64,000 nucleotides of DNA, from assembly GCA_051649305.1 (NCBI GenBank), contig JBOFGV010000073.1:59183-123182 (forward strand), written 5' to 3'. Numbering within the stretch: position 1 is the stretch's first letter; the number at the start of each line of letters is the position of its first letter. Shown here piece by piece: positions 48,216 through 58,261 of this stretch. Under the pieces are notes generated by a model. It was not told the DNA's origin. It searched no databases and was given only the letters and a program-made list of their open reading frames with translations. The stretch comes from Beijerinckiaceae bacterium. Lineage in GTDB: Bacteria > Pseudomonadota > Alphaproteobacteria > Rhizobiales > Beijerinckiaceae. The position numbers were made by a program, and so were the translations under genes.

Positions 48216-48656
48216 TTAAAGCCCATAAACCCGCGCCAGTATAATCAGCGGTGGCATCGAAATGTTGAAAAACACCAGCGCCAGACAAGCGGCCTGAACA
48301 AGTTCAAAACGCGCGCGGGCCCCTGTCAGCGGCAAGGTATCTCCACGCTCGGCGGCAGCCTGCAAACGGGGGATCAGCCAATGTTCGGCAATCTGGAACG
48401 ATATCGCCACACAGACAAAAGCGGCGAATGTACCGACACTGAAGCGATAGGACAGCAGCGCGCCAATGCTGGCGAGGATCGAGGCGATCAGATAGGTTTT
48501 GTCTGTGAAGGCGATATCATAGACAGCACCCTCCTGTCCGGCGGCACGGGTGTTGCCACGCACCAGCATCATGGTCAGCAGCACACCAAAAGCAGCTGCT
48601 GCGCACAATGCAGAGCCGAGCAATTGCATCACCGCAAAGTGGTTTGACAAGCCCAT
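48216..48656 (-). CDS. hypothetical membrane protein (about 4 TM segments)
   Basis: 146 aa with four hydrophobic stretches. No family recognised. Confidence 0.6.
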   Translation of the reverse strand: MGLSNHFAVMQLLGSALCAAAAFGVLLTMMLVRGNTRAAGQEGAVYDIAFTDKTYLIASILASIGALLSYRFSVGTFAAFVCVAISFQIAEHWLIPRLQAAAERGDTLPLTGARARFELVQAACLALVFFNISMPPLIILARVYGL

Positions 48657-48750
48657 TGTCTTTACTCCTGATTAACCATCAGAAGCACGATCCGGCGCGT
48701 AACGGAACGTTAACCTTGCCGAATGGTTAACCCCGTGCGAGTTCATCCAT

Positions 48751-49521
48751 ATGATGTCAGGAGACGAGATTGAGCGCTATGCACGCCACATTGTGCTGCG
48801 CGGTGTGGGAGGGCCGGGTCAGGCCCGGCTGAAAGCCGCGCGCGTGCTGGTGATTGGCGCTGGCGGGCTTGGTTCGCCGCTGATCCAGTATCTCGCTGCC
48901 GCCGGTGTTGGCACCCTGGGCGTGGTGGATGATGACACGGTGTCGCTCTCCAACCTGCAGCGGCAAGTGCTGCATCCCACGTCTTCGATTGGGCAGGCGA
49001 AGACCGACAGCGCCAAGGCAGCCGTGACTGCGCTCAACCCGCATGTCGCTTTCGAGGCGCATGCCTTCCGCATCACAGCAGAGAACGCGCGGGATTTGAT
49101 AGCACACTATGATATCGTGGCGGATGGCTCGGATAATTTCGACACGCGCTACGCCGTGGCTGACGCCTGCTTTCATGCCAGACGCCCGTTGGTGACAGCC
49201 AGCGTCAACGAGTTTGACGGCTCGCTCACCACTATCCGCGCTCATGAAACAGATGCAAGCGGCAAACCCAACCCCACATACCGCTGTTTGTTTCCTGTGA
49301 AACCCGCAGCGGGCGTTGTGCCAACGTGCTCGGAAGCCGGTGTTCTGGGCGCGCTCACAGGCGTTGTTGGCACCATGCAGGCGATGGAGGTGATCCGCGA
49401 GATCGTTGGTTTCGGTGAAGGGCTTGTGGGCAAGCTCCTGTTGATCGACGCGCTCTACATGCGCTTTGAAACTGTGGCGTACTCCTGGGACCCGGCGAAT
49501 CCGCTGAGTGGTAAAATCTAG
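48751..49521 (+). CDS. moeB: HesA/MoeB/ThiF-family adenylyltransferase (molybdopterin-synthase adenylyltransferase-like)
   Basis: RYARHIVL...VLVIGAGGLGSP...DDDTVSLSNLQRQ is the typical E1-like motif set. Confidence 0.8.
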   Translation: MMSGDEIERYARHIVLRGVGGPGQARLKAARVLVIGAGGLGSPLIQYLAAAGVGTLGVVDDDTVSLSNLQRQVLHPTSSIGQAKTDSAKAAVTALNPHVAFEAHAFRITAENARDLIAHYDIVADGSDNFDTRYAVADACFHARRPLVTASVNEFDGSLTTIRAHETDASGKPNPTYRCLFPVKPAAGVVPTCSEAGVLGALTGVVGTMQAMEVIREIVGFGEGLVGKLLLIDALYMRFETVAYSWDPANPLSGKI

Positions 49522-50273
49522 GCCTTCATCACTGCGCGGCGGATGAGGTCCAGCGCTACCAGCGTCAGCAGCACTTTCAGTGTCTTTTCAAACACCCCCT
49601 GCGGGATTTTATCGAGCAATCGCGTGCCGAACCACGTGCCGAGAAAGCCCGATGCGATCATCGCGATCATCAGGGGCAACCAGTCCTGAAAGGCAAAGCC
49701 CAGAAAACCAAAGGCCACCACTTTCAACCCGTGCTGGATGGTCATGCACATGGCATGGCTGGCAACCAGCACACGCTTTTCCAGATCCATGGGCAAAAAC
49801 AGGGCCTGCACAAAGGGGCCAGTAGCCCCCACAAACATGGTGAGAAAGGTGGCAATAAACCCGCCGATCAGCATGCCGGTGGAGGCAAGACCAGGAATGC
49901 GCGGCTTTGGTATCCAGGTCATGATCAGGATAAAGACGCCGAGCAGGATCAGCAGCAGGCGCTCCGGCAGATTGACGAAGAGTGCAGCCCCCGCCAGTGC
50001 GCCAACAAGGCTGCCGACAGAGAAGATCAATGTGGGCCGCCACAGCACATGCGTGCGTTGCAGAATGGCCCGCCCCGTGTTGGAGCCGAGCTGAACGATG
50101 CCATGCACGGCCACCACCATAGCTGGCGGCACTGAGCCCGCCAATGCTCCGAGCATCGCCACGCCGCCACCGATGCCGAAGGCAGCCGTCAGTGCAGAGG
50201 TGAGAAAGCTGATGCCGATGAGCAGCAGAACGACAGTCAGCGAAACATTGGCGGGCAGAAGCGTTTCGAGCAT
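49518..50273 (-). CDS. TauE/SafE-family sulfite exporter-like membrane protein
   Basis: 251 aa, about 7-8 TM segments, glycine-rich helices typical of the family. Confidence 0.75.
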   Translation of the reverse strand: MLETLLPANVSLTVVLLLIGISFLTSALTAAFGIGGGVAMLGALAGSVPPAMVVAVHGIVQLGSNTGRAILQRTHVLWRPTLIFSVGSLVGALAGAALFVNLPERLLLILLGVFILIMTWIPKPRIPGLASTGMLIGGFIATFLTMFVGATGPFVQALFLPMDLEKRVLVASHAMCMTIQHGLKVVAFGFLGFAFQDWLPLMIAMIASGFLGTWFGTRLLDKIPQGVFEKTLKVLLTLVALDLIRRAVMKA

Positions 50274-50460
50274 GATGTTGAATGCCAGTTCTTTGGGAGC
50301 CGATCGTTAGCCATAGATAGACCACAGCGGCATGCCGCGAAAAGCGAAAATCCCTTTGCGAGAGATTGCAATCCGATTGTCCTTGACCACAGAGGTGCAA
50401 CGCGTCTTATATAAGACCTGATAATATCTGAAGATAATAAAGAAATCGGGAGGAGTTGGT

Positions 50461-51546
50461 TTGGCTGCGCTCGATATATCAGCGGTTACCAAGGATTTCG
50501 GCACCATCAAGGTTCTGCATGGAATCGATATTGCCGTAAGCGATGGTGAGTTTCTGGTGCTTGTGGGCCCGTCAGGCTGCGGAAAATCCACCCTTCTGCG
50601 CATGATCGCAGGGCTTGAGTCCGTCTCTTCGGGCAACATCAGAATTGCAGGCAATACAGTCAATGATCTGGCACCGCGCGATCGTGATATCGCCATGGTG
50701 TTTCAGGACTACGCACTTTATCCCCACAAGACAGTCCGGGAGAATATCGGGTTTGGCCTTCGCATGCGCGGTGCCAAGCCGGACGCTGTCAGCGCGAAGG
50801 TCAGCGAGGCTGCAAAGGTTCTTCAAATCGAGCATCTTCTGGACAGGCGCCCGGGCCAGCTTTCAGGAGGGCAGCGTCAGCGGGTCGCCATGGGCCGCGC
50901 CATCGTGCGTGATCCCAAGGTATTCCTGTTTGATGAACCACTGTCCAATCTTGATGCGCAATTGCGGGCAGAGATGCGTGTTGAAATCAAGAAGCTGCAC
51001 CAGCGCTTTGGCAACACCGTTGTTTACGTCACCCACGATCAGGTGGAGGCGATGACGCTGGCAGACCGGATTGCCGTGATGAAGGGTGGCCATGTTGAAC
51101 AGCTTGGCTCTCCCGATGAGATCTACAACCGGCCTCGTACGTTATTTGTGGCAGGCTTTACCGGCTCACCGCCCATGAATTTTGCCAAATGCCAGATCGA
51201 TGCCAACGGCAAAGAACTTGTGCTTGATGGCGGTGCCCGGCTGGAGATACCAGCGGCGCAACGCGCTGTTGTTGCTGCCTACAACGGCAAATCGATGCAG
51301 TTTGGCATCCGGCCGGAGCATATCATTCTGGCGGATGGGAAGGATAAAACGGCCCTTTCAGCTGACATCCTTCTGACAGAGCCATTGGGATCCGACACGC
51401 TGGCTTTGCTGCGGATCGGCAATATTGAAGTCACCGGGCGGTTTCCACCGGATGCTGCCCTCAAAACAGGCGCGACAACCAGGGTACAATTCGCCCTGAA
51501 CAAATTTCATCTTTTTGATCTGGATACGGGACTGGCCGTTCGATAA
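50461..51546 (+). CDS. sugar ABC transporter ATP-binding protein (MalK/UgpC type)
   Basis: GPSGCGKST Walker A, LSGGQRQR signature, FLFDEPLSNLD Walker B and a C-terminal TOBE-like domain. TTG start. Confidence 0.9.
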   Translation: MAALDISAVTKDFGTIKVLHGIDIAVSDGEFLVLVGPSGCGKSTLLRMIAGLESVSSGNIRIAGNTVNDLAPRDRDIAMVFQDYALYPHKTVRENIGFGLRMRGAKPDAVSAKVSEAAKVLQIEHLLDRRPGQLSGGQRQRVAMGRAIVRDPKVFLFDEPLSNLDAQLRAEMRVEIKKLHQRFGNTVVYVTHDQVEAMTLADRIAVMKGGHVEQLGSPDEIYNRPRTLFVAGFTGSPPMNFAKCQIDANGKELVLDGGARLEIPAAQRAVVAAYNGKSMQFGIRPEHIILADGKDKTALSADILLTEPLGSDTLALLRIGNIEVTGRFPPDAALKTGATTRVQFALNKFHLFDLDTGLAVR

Positions 51547-51579
51547 CCGGCGCAAACACATAACCTTGGGGAGAAAACC

Positions 51580-52842
51580 ATGAAAAGACGTCATATCCTG
51601 GCTGCATTTGCTGCCACACTGGCCTTCGGAGCCTCATCAGTCGCCATGGCGCAGACGACACTGCGCATTTTTACAGGCGGACAGCAGCGGCCTGATGTGA
51701 TGCGCAAGATTGCCGACGAATATGAAAAGCGCGCACCGGGCGTCAAGATCGAGGTTGAAGTCGGGGGTGCAACATCCGAGCAGCAACAGCAGTATCTCAA
51801 CACTGTTCTCGCTTCAAAGGACGCAGCGCTGGATGTGATCCTCATTGACGTCATCCGCCCTGCCCAATGGGCAGCTGCAAACTGGGCCGAGCCGCTGGAT
51901 GGCTATCTTGGTGCTGAAAAAGATGCGGTTATGTCGAAGTATCTTGCCGCCTACCGCGAAGCCAATATCGTCAACGGCAAGGTTATTGCGCTGCCCTATT
52001 TTGCGGATGCGCAGTTCCTCTACTACCGGAAAGACCTGCTTGAGAAGCATGGCGTACAGCCACCCAAAACATGGGATGAGCTGAAAGCCAGCGCAGAAAA
52101 AATCATGAAAGCGGAAGGCAATCCCAACCTTTCAGGATTCCAGACAGCCGGTGCGCCCATTGAAGGAACGGTTTGCACCTATCTTGTGCCACTGTGGGGA
52201 GCGGGTGGCTCGCTTACTGATGCTGGCGGCAAGCTCAATCTTTCAAACGATGCTGCCAAGAAACCTTTCGAGCTCTGGGCTGGCCTGAAGGCCGCGAACG
52301 TGACACCACCAAACCTTGCGGAGATTCCCACAGATCGCATTCGTCAGAACCTGCAGGCAGGTAACCTCCTTTACGGGATGTCCTGGGGTTATGTCTGGAA
52401 CCGCTCGCAGGGTGATGCTGACAGCCTGGTGAAAGACAAGATCGGCGTCGTGCCGCTGCCCGGCTTCACCCCCAATGCAGCCGCTACCTGCATCGGTGGA
52501 TGGCAATTGGCCATATCTTCCTTCTCGAAGAACAAGGCGGAAGCCTACAAGCTGATCCGCTATCTCTCGTCACCGGAGGTATCGAAGATGCAGGCCATTG
52601 CCGCTTCACACATGCCGGTGTTTCCTGAGGTCTATGCCGATGCCGATGTGCTGAAGGCCAACCCATGGTTTGCGCAGGCACTGCCGGTTGTGCAAACCGC
52701 ACGTTCGCGGCCTGTGTCAGCCTCCTATCCACGTGTGTCGGAAGTGATGCGCACCAACATGAACGCCTATCTTGCAGGGGCCAAGACGGCTGATGCAGCC
52801 TTGGCCGACATGCAGAAGGATCTTGCCACGATCTTCCGTTGA
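51580..52842 (+). CDS. sugar ABC transporter substrate-binding protein (family 1)
   Basis: 420 aa with signal peptide ...SVAMAQ. Operon context with the ATPase and two permeases. Confidence 0.85.
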   Translation: MKRRHILAAFAATLAFGASSVAMAQTTLRIFTGGQQRPDVMRKIADEYEKRAPGVKIEVEVGGATSEQQQQYLNTVLASKDAALDVILIDVIRPAQWAAANWAEPLDGYLGAEKDAVMSKYLAAYREANIVNGKVIALPYFADAQFLYYRKDLLEKHGVQPPKTWDELKASAEKIMKAEGNPNLSGFQTAGAPIEGTVCTYLVPLWGAGGSLTDAGGKLNLSNDAAKKPFELWAGLKAANVTPPNLAEIPTDRIRQNLQAGNLLYGMSWGYVWNRSQGDADSLVKDKIGVVPLPGFTPNAAATCIGGWQLAISSFSKNKAEAYKLIRYLSSPEVSKMQAIAASHMPVFPEVYADADVLKANPWFAQALPVVQTARSRPVSASYPRVSEVMRTNMNAYLAGAKTADAALADMQKDLATIFR

Positions 52843-52870
52843 TCCTGACACCTGTGAGACGGACGTAGCT

Positions 52871-53773
52871 ATGGCAAAACTTTCACCGATGGAGGCATCA
52901 GAGCGGAGGCTTGGCTTTGCCATGCTGATGCCAGCTGTTGTTCTTCTGGTGGTGACGGTGCTTTATCCGATTGCCGATCTCATACGCGGCTCGTTCAGTG
53001 AAAACAAACTGACCGAGCCGTGGATGGCAAAACCCTGGATAGGCTTTGAAAACTACATCAAGGCCATGGGTGACAACCGCTTCTGGGAGGCGACATGGCA
53101 CACTTTGCTCTACGTGCTGGTCACGGTTCCCGGTGCTGTCGCATTGGGATTGGGGCTTGCCTTGCTTGCCAACAAACCCTTCAGGGTCAAGTGGCCTGTG
53201 CGTCTGGGCCTGCTGCTGCCATGGGCCCTGCCGCTGGTTTTTGCAGGATTGATTTTCCGCTGGTTCTTTGAATATAAGCAGGGGCTCGTCAACAACCTGC
53301 TGATATGGGTGGGCATGCAACCCGTGAACTGGCTGACACAGGAAGGCCCGGCTTTCTTTGCCATCTGCCTTGCCATCATCTGGAAATCATCAAGCTTCGC
53401 AGCCCTCGTTCTGCTGGCCGGATTACAGACCATTCCCAAATCGCTCTATGAAGCCGCAGAGGTTGATGGTGCATCAACCTGGCGACAATTTATCGAAATC
53501 ACCCTTCCGATGCTTCGGCCCGCTATTGTTGTGGCCCTTATTTTCCGCACGATCACGGCCATCCAGACGTTCGATATCCCTCATGCGATGACCAATGGCG
53601 GTCCCGGCACAGCCACCGAAACATTGGCGATGTATATCCACAAGACAACCATTGATGTGCTGGACCTTGGCTATGGCTCAGCGCTTGCCGTGCTGATGTT
53701 CATTGCTTCGGCCATGCTCACGAGTTTCTATCTGCGCCACACAAGGCGCGATCCATCAGCGGGACGCAACTGA
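52871..53773 (+). CDS. sugar ABC transporter permease
   Basis: Start placed at the ATG at 52871 (MAKLSPMEAS), downstream of the SBP stop. EAA-like loop EAAEVDGASTWRQF. Confidence 0.85.
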   Translation: MAKLSPMEASERRLGFAMLMPAVVLLVVTVLYPIADLIRGSFSENKLTEPWMAKPWIGFENYIKAMGDNRFWEATWHTLLYVLVTVPGAVALGLGLALLANKPFRVKWPVRLGLLLPWALPLVFAGLIFRWFFEYKQGLVNNLLIWVGMQPVNWLTQEGPAFFAICLAIIWKSSSFAALVLLAGLQTIPKSLYEAAEVDGASTWRQFIEITLPMLRPAIVVALIFRTITAIQTFDIPHAMTNGGPGTATETLAMYIHKTTIDVLDLGYGSALAVLMFIASAMLTSFYLRHTRRDPSAGRN

Positions 53774-54618
53774 TGAGCACAAGACCAATGGGGCGTTTCC
53801 CTTCCACGAAAGCCATCACACTGATTGCAGGTGCAGTTGTTGCCATCAATGGCTTCTTCCCGGCTGTGTGGATTCTCTTCACCTCGCTGAAAACCGAGAG
53901 CGAGTTGATGCGCCTGCCAATCACAATCTGGCCATCAGCCCCGACACTGGCCAATTACACGCGCGTCTTTGTTGACCAGCCAATCATGACGTTCATGTGG
54001 AACAGCTTTGCCGTGGCCACCCTGTCCACGCTGCTTTGTGTCACCGTATCCGCTCTGGCGGCCTATGCCCTTGTGCGTTTGCGGTTGCCAGCGCCCAATC
54101 TCATTCTCTCAGCATTGCTGGCCGTATCGATGTTCCCGTTGATTTCGCTCATGGTGCCCTTGTTCAGCGTCATGCGGGATCTCTCCATCCTCAACACATG
54201 GTGGGCGCTGATTTTCCCCTATGCGGTTTTGTCGATGCCGGTGTGCACTCTGGTCCTGATCTCATTCTTTCAGGATATCCCGCGAGATCTTGAAAATGCC
54301 GCCATGATTGATGGCTGCACACGGGTTGGCGCGCTGTGGCATGTGGTTATTCCTCTCACAGCACCGGGTGTGTTCACGGCAGGCATTCTGGCCTTTGTGA
54401 ATGCCTGGGATGAGTTTCTTCTGGCGCTGACACTTTCACCACGGGTGGCGAGCCGCACCTTGCCGGTCGGTATCACACTCTATCAGGGTGAATTCTCGTT
54501 TCCCTGGCCGATCATTTCAGCCGCACTCATTGTTGCAATCGTGCCTATCTGCATCCTGATCGCGATTTTTCAGGAGCGCGTTGTGGGTGGTCTGACCAGC
54601 GGTGGCATGAAAGGGTGA
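53773..54618 (+). CDS. sugar ABC transporter permease
   Basis: 281 aa. EAA-like loop ENAAMIDGCTRVGALWHV. Start overlaps the previous stop. Confidence 0.9.
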   Translation: MSTRPMGRFPSTKAITLIAGAVVAINGFFPAVWILFTSLKTESELMRLPITIWPSAPTLANYTRVFVDQPIMTFMWNSFAVATLSTLLCVTVSALAAYALVRLRLPAPNLILSALLAVSMFPLISLMVPLFSVMRDLSILNTWWALIFPYAVLSMPVCTLVLISFFQDIPRDLENAAMIDGCTRVGALWHVVIPLTAPGVFTAGILAFVNAWDEFLLALTLSPRVASRTLPVGITLYQGEFSFPWPIISAALIVAIVPICILIAIFQERVVGGLTSGGMKG

Positions 54619-54690
54619 TGCGTCACTGGTGACCTCTTTTTGCATCACTGCATGAGGTGACATCGCCCGATCCCGCATTATGATGCACCA

Positions 54691-55365
54691 ATGACTCGCA
54701 TTTCAGCCATTGCAGGCATCCAGCGGCGCTACCTCCATGATGAGGTGGCGGATCGTTTGCGTGAACTGATCCTTTCTGGAGAGCTGGAACCAAAGGCCCG
54801 CGTCAACGAATTGGAACTGTGTGAGCGGTTCGGCACCTCGCGCACGCCGCTGAGAGAGGCGATCAAGATCCTTTCCAGCGAAGGGCTTGTGGAGCTTCTG
54901 CCCAACCGGGGCGCGCGAGTCGCTACGCTCAATGCCGCCGAGATCGATGACATGGTGCAGGTGGTGGCGGGGCTTGAGGCGACAGCGGCGGAACTTGCCT
55001 GCCAGCGCGCAACCCCGGAAGAGATCGACGAGATTGCCCGCCAGACTGACGCGATGATGCTCAGCTGGAAGGCGGAGGACGAGAACGGCTATCTCACCAC
55101 CAACCGCGCCATCCACGAAGCGATTATGAAAGCCAGCCGCAACGGCGCCTTGCAGGCGATCTATCTCAGCCTCTCCAGCCGCATCCAGCGCATGCGTTAC
55201 ACCGCGCACAAGACGCCAGAACAGTGGCGGCGCGCCATGGACGAGCATGTGCTGATGGTGACGCATCTCAGGGCCCGCGACGGCGTGAAGCTGGCGCAGG
55301 TGATGAAAGACCATATTCGCGGCAAGGCGGAGGTTATTGCCGCCAACTACGGTGCAGAGGACTGA
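54691..55365 (+). CDS. GntR-family transcriptional regulator (FCD C-terminal domain)
   Basis: ELCERFGTSRTPLREAIKILSSEGLVE winged HTH; 224 aa. Confidence 0.9.
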   Translation: MTRISAIAGIQRRYLHDEVADRLRELILSGELEPKARVNELELCERFGTSRTPLREAIKILSSEGLVELLPNRGARVATLNAAEIDDMVQVVAGLEATAAELACQRATPEEIDEIARQTDAMMLSWKAEDENGYLTTNRAIHEAIMKASRNGALQAIYLSLSSRIQRMRYTAHKTPEQWRRAMDEHVLMVTHLRARDGVKLAQVMKDHIRGKAEVIAANYGAED

Positions 55366-55369
55366 CGGC

Positions 55370-55729
55370 GTGACAGCCCTGACCGTTTTCTACGATGGCA
55401 GCTGCCCGCTCTGTGCAAAGGAGATTGCGTTGTATCAGCGGGCGCGCGGCGCACAGGCTGTTCACTGGCATGATCTCGCCAAACCGGGCAACCACGATTT
55501 GCCTGCTGGCCTCACGCTGGATGCAGCACTGGCGCGTTTTCATGTCATGCAGGCTGACGGTGTGCTGAAGAGCGGTGCGCGGGGCTTCATCCAGCTCTGG
55601 CTTGTGTTGCCCGGCTGGCGCTGGCTGGGGTTGATCGCGTCAGTCCCGCCTCTGCCCTGGCTGGCAGAGGGGTTGTACCGGGGATTTTTGCCGGTGAGGC
55701 CGAGGATTCAGAGGTGGATGCGGGGGTGA
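55370..55729 (+). CDS. DCC-family thiol-disulfide oxidoreductase (DUF393)
   Basis: VFYDGSCPLCAKEI CxxC motif. GTG at 55370 lies 5 nt after the GntR stop; the alternative TTG at 55337 overlaps the GntR gene. Confidence 0.75.
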   Translation: MTALTVFYDGSCPLCAKEIALYQRARGAQAVHWHDLAKPGNHDLPAGLTLDAALARFHVMQADGVLKSGARGFIQLWLVLPGWRWLGLIASVPPLPWLAEGLYRGFLPVRPRIQRWMRG

Positions 55730-55825
55730 GGCTTGCTTTTCTGTCTTTCACAAGAAAGGCTTGGCAATGACTGTTGAGACATCTCAACAGCAGATGTGAG
55801 GAGATATTTCTTGCATGCTATTGAA

Positions 55826-56155
55826 TTAATTTCCGTAGACTTCAATCCGAGCAATAAATCTGTCAAACTCCTCAAGGCTCATATTATATTTTGGATCAAG
55901 ATCAAATTCAATAAAACTGCCTTTGTGAGTCACAATTATTTGGTAACGTTCATCATTCACTCGCAAAACCTGATTTTTTTGCAATGATTTAAGAGAATTT
56001 ATAAATTGATTAAAATCTATCTTACTTAATTTAATTGTGCCTTTTTCATGATTGCTATAAATATAAACCTCTTCTCTAAATAAATAAAATGTGTGATCAA
56101 AAAATACAGATCCATTTTTCCATGATAAGCGCGAATCTAAATAGTATTTTTTCAT
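55826..56155 (-). CDS. orphan hypothetical protein in AT-rich islet
   Basis: Only long ORF in a roughly 500-bp block with 17-32% G+C on three counted 60-nt lines. 109 aa from MKKYYLDSRL; the ORF could extend to 56227 or 56239. No Shine-Dalgarno seen and no family recognised. Confidence 0.5.
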   Translation of the reverse strand: MKKYYLDSRLSWKNGSVFFDHTFYLFREEVYIYSNHEKGTIKLSKIDFNQFINSLKSLQKNQVLRVNDERYQIIVTHKGSFIEFDLDPKYNMSLEEFDRFIARIEVYGN

Positions 56156-56312
56156 ATTAAAAAATAGATTTTTAAATTTTTTAAAAACAAATCGAAAGAA
56201 AATGCGAAAGAAAATTACAATTTTCATTTTAATCGGCACGCAGAATTCACATGAGACAATTGAATTTGCACCAGTATATTAACTGAATAAAAAATTTTAG
56301 CCAATGTGACTC

Positions 56313-58124
56313 TCACCCACCATCAGGCTTTTTCGGCGCTTCACTCTCAGCCGCCTTCGGCTCGTCCATGCCCTTGTCGATCTTCTTCAGAATCTTCTCA
56401 AGATCATCCGGCTCCGGCTTCAAATCCCGCGCATGGTTCCACTGGAAGCGTGCTTCGATGAGGCGGCCAACTTTCCAGTAGGCATCGCCCAGATGGTCGT
56501 TGAGAACGGGGTCGGCAGGCTTGATGTCCACCGCGCGCTCCAGTTCGCGCACGGCGTCTTCATATTTGCCGAGCTTGTAATAGGCCCAGCCAAGGCTGTC
56601 GATGATGTAGCCATCCTTGGGCTGCAACTCGACCGCCTTTTTCAGCATCACGAATGACTCGTCGATGTGCATGCCCATATCGACCCAGCTGTAGGCGATG
56701 TGGTTAAGCACATGGGCACGGCCCGCCTTGTCTTCCTCTGTCTTCGGGTCTTCTGGCAACAGGGACAGCGCGTGCTTCAAGTCTACTTCGGCGAGCGGCC
56801 ATTGCTTGTCGCGCTCGTAGGAAATGCCCCTGCCATAAAACAGGCTCCAGTAATTCTTGTTGGTGCGGTCCACAAGCGCAATCGCCTTGGTGGAGGCTTC
56901 AATTGCCTCTTTCCACTTTTTCTCGGTGCGATGGATGGCGGCCACGGTTTCGTGCAGGTTCACCTCGAAGGGGGATTTGGCAATCCGCTCTTCAAGCAAC
57001 TTGATCGCCTGCGCCTGCTGTTTCATTTCCGTATAGGCATAGGCGGCGCGGATGACCGCGCGGGTCTTGAGGCCGGAATCCTCGGTCACGCGGCCATAAA
57101 GCTCAATCGCGCGCTCGTATTGCTTCAGGGACTCAAAGTTCTCGGCGAGCGCGATGGTGGTCATATCGTGCTCGTCATTCAGGAAACCAGCGAGCTGGAG
57201 ATAAACCACTGCAATGAGTTCTGCGCCGCGCCGCCCGCCTGTGTCTGACGAGGTGTAGAGCACCTCAGCCGCACCCTGCACCACGTTCAGCACTATTGGG
57301 TCTGGCACAAGGCCGTCGTCCATCGCTTTCTTGGGCTTGGCGATGAAAGGCAGTTGTACAGGCCGCTCGGCCAGTTTGTCGTAGATAGCCTTGGCCTTGG
57401 CTTTGTCACCATGGCGTGCCTCGAACCGGGCATAGGTGTCTGCAAGGCGGATCACGCCGGGATCGGACGCATAGGCTGCGCCAAGACGCTTCGCCGCTTC
57501 CTTCTTGTCACCGGCGACATCCGCCATCAGCCCGCCGTAGAGATTGCGGTAGACCGCGAGCTGCGGCTCGGCAAAGCGATCAACAATCTCGAGTGCCTTC
57601 TTCAACTCGCCGCTGCCGACATGGGTCCAGGCCACCAGCAGCGCAGCGCTCAGATCAGCGTTGCGGCCACGTCCGCCTGCCTTTTGGAAGCTGCTGCGGG
57701 CGGTCACGAACTGGCGTTGTTTCAATGCGCGCACGCCAATGACGAGATGCGCCAATGCATTCTGCGGATCGCGCTGGATCACGCGTTCGGCCAGACGGAA
57801 GGCATCGGTCATCGAGCCATCCTGCACAGAGGCAACAAAGGCGCGCTCCAGCAATTCTGCATTGCGCGGATCAGCCCTCAAAGCCTCGCGAAAGAAGTGG
57901 GCTGCCGCGCGGGCATCACGCTTGCTGTCAGCTGCAATGGCCGCCAGAAAATTGCCATAGGAAGTTTCCGCTGCGCCGAATGTCTGGGCAGGATTGCGGG
58001 CCTGTGCAGCCACCGGCGTGGCAAGCGCCACAGCAAGCATGCCAGCGAGAGACCATTGATGTGCGCGTTTGCGAAAATTCACGTCCAGAACCTCAATCAG
58101 CATCGACCAAAACTGAAATGACAA
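56313..58124 (-). CDS. tetratricopeptide-repeat protein, exported
   Basis: 603 aa. N-terminal signal-like segment ...ALATPVAAQA and multiple TPR-like 34-aa units (e.g. ALVDRTNKNYWSLFYGRGISYERDKQWPLAEVDLKHAL). Confidence 0.8.
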   Translation of the reverse strand: MSFQFWSMLIEVLDVNFRKRAHQWSLAGMLAVALATPVAAQARNPAQTFGAAETSYGNFLAAIAADSKRDARAAAHFFREALRADPRNAELLERAFVASVQDGSMTDAFRLAERVIQRDPQNALAHLVIGVRALKQRQFVTARSSFQKAGGRGRNADLSAALLVAWTHVGSGELKKALEIVDRFAEPQLAVYRNLYGGLMADVAGDKKEAAKRLGAAYASDPGVIRLADTYARFEARHGDKAKAKAIYDKLAERPVQLPFIAKPKKAMDDGLVPDPIVLNVVQGAAEVLYTSSDTGGRRGAELIAVVYLQLAGFLNDEHDMTTIALAENFESLKQYERAIELYGRVTEDSGLKTRAVIRAAYAYTEMKQQAQAIKLLEERIAKSPFEVNLHETVAAIHRTEKKWKEAIEASTKAIALVDRTNKNYWSLFYGRGISYERDKQWPLAEVDLKHALSLLPEDPKTEEDKAGRAHVLNHIAYSWVDMGMHIDESFVMLKKAVELQPKDGYIIDSLGWAYYKLGKYEDAVRELERAVDIKPADPVLNDHLGDAYWKVGRLIEARFQWNHARDLKPEPDDLEKILKKIDKGMDEPKAAESEAPKKPDGG

Positions 58125-58261
58125 CGAACCAAGCTGTCACAAAGAAAACCGGCAGGCAGCGAACCGTTTGGCACAACCCGCTTCGTTGCCAAACATGGAC
58201 AGATTGAGGCGAAACAGCAAGCTTTCTCGTTGCGTCTGTTGCCGCAGCCCAGATTCTGACC

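Noticed and set aside
48189-48647. 152-aa plus-strand ORF beginning MLRCARNDV
   Set aside because: It starts inside the CGCAATGACG-type repeat and then runs antisense to the membrane-protein gene. It is a classic repeat-derived mis-call.
55796-55987. 63-aa plus-strand ORF in the AT-rich islet
   Set aside because: It is antisense to the longer islet ORF. In AT-rich DNA long ORFs are rare, so it is not trivially dismissed. But it is shorter, lacks an SD, and would start in the GC-rich flank. The minus-strand ORF was kept as the better candidate.
55803-56300. AT-rich islet as an insertion sequence or MITE
   Set aside because: There is no transposase and no terminal inverted repeats. Only a weak 6-nt match (ATGTGA) occurs at both edges, so the mobile-element class cannot be supported.
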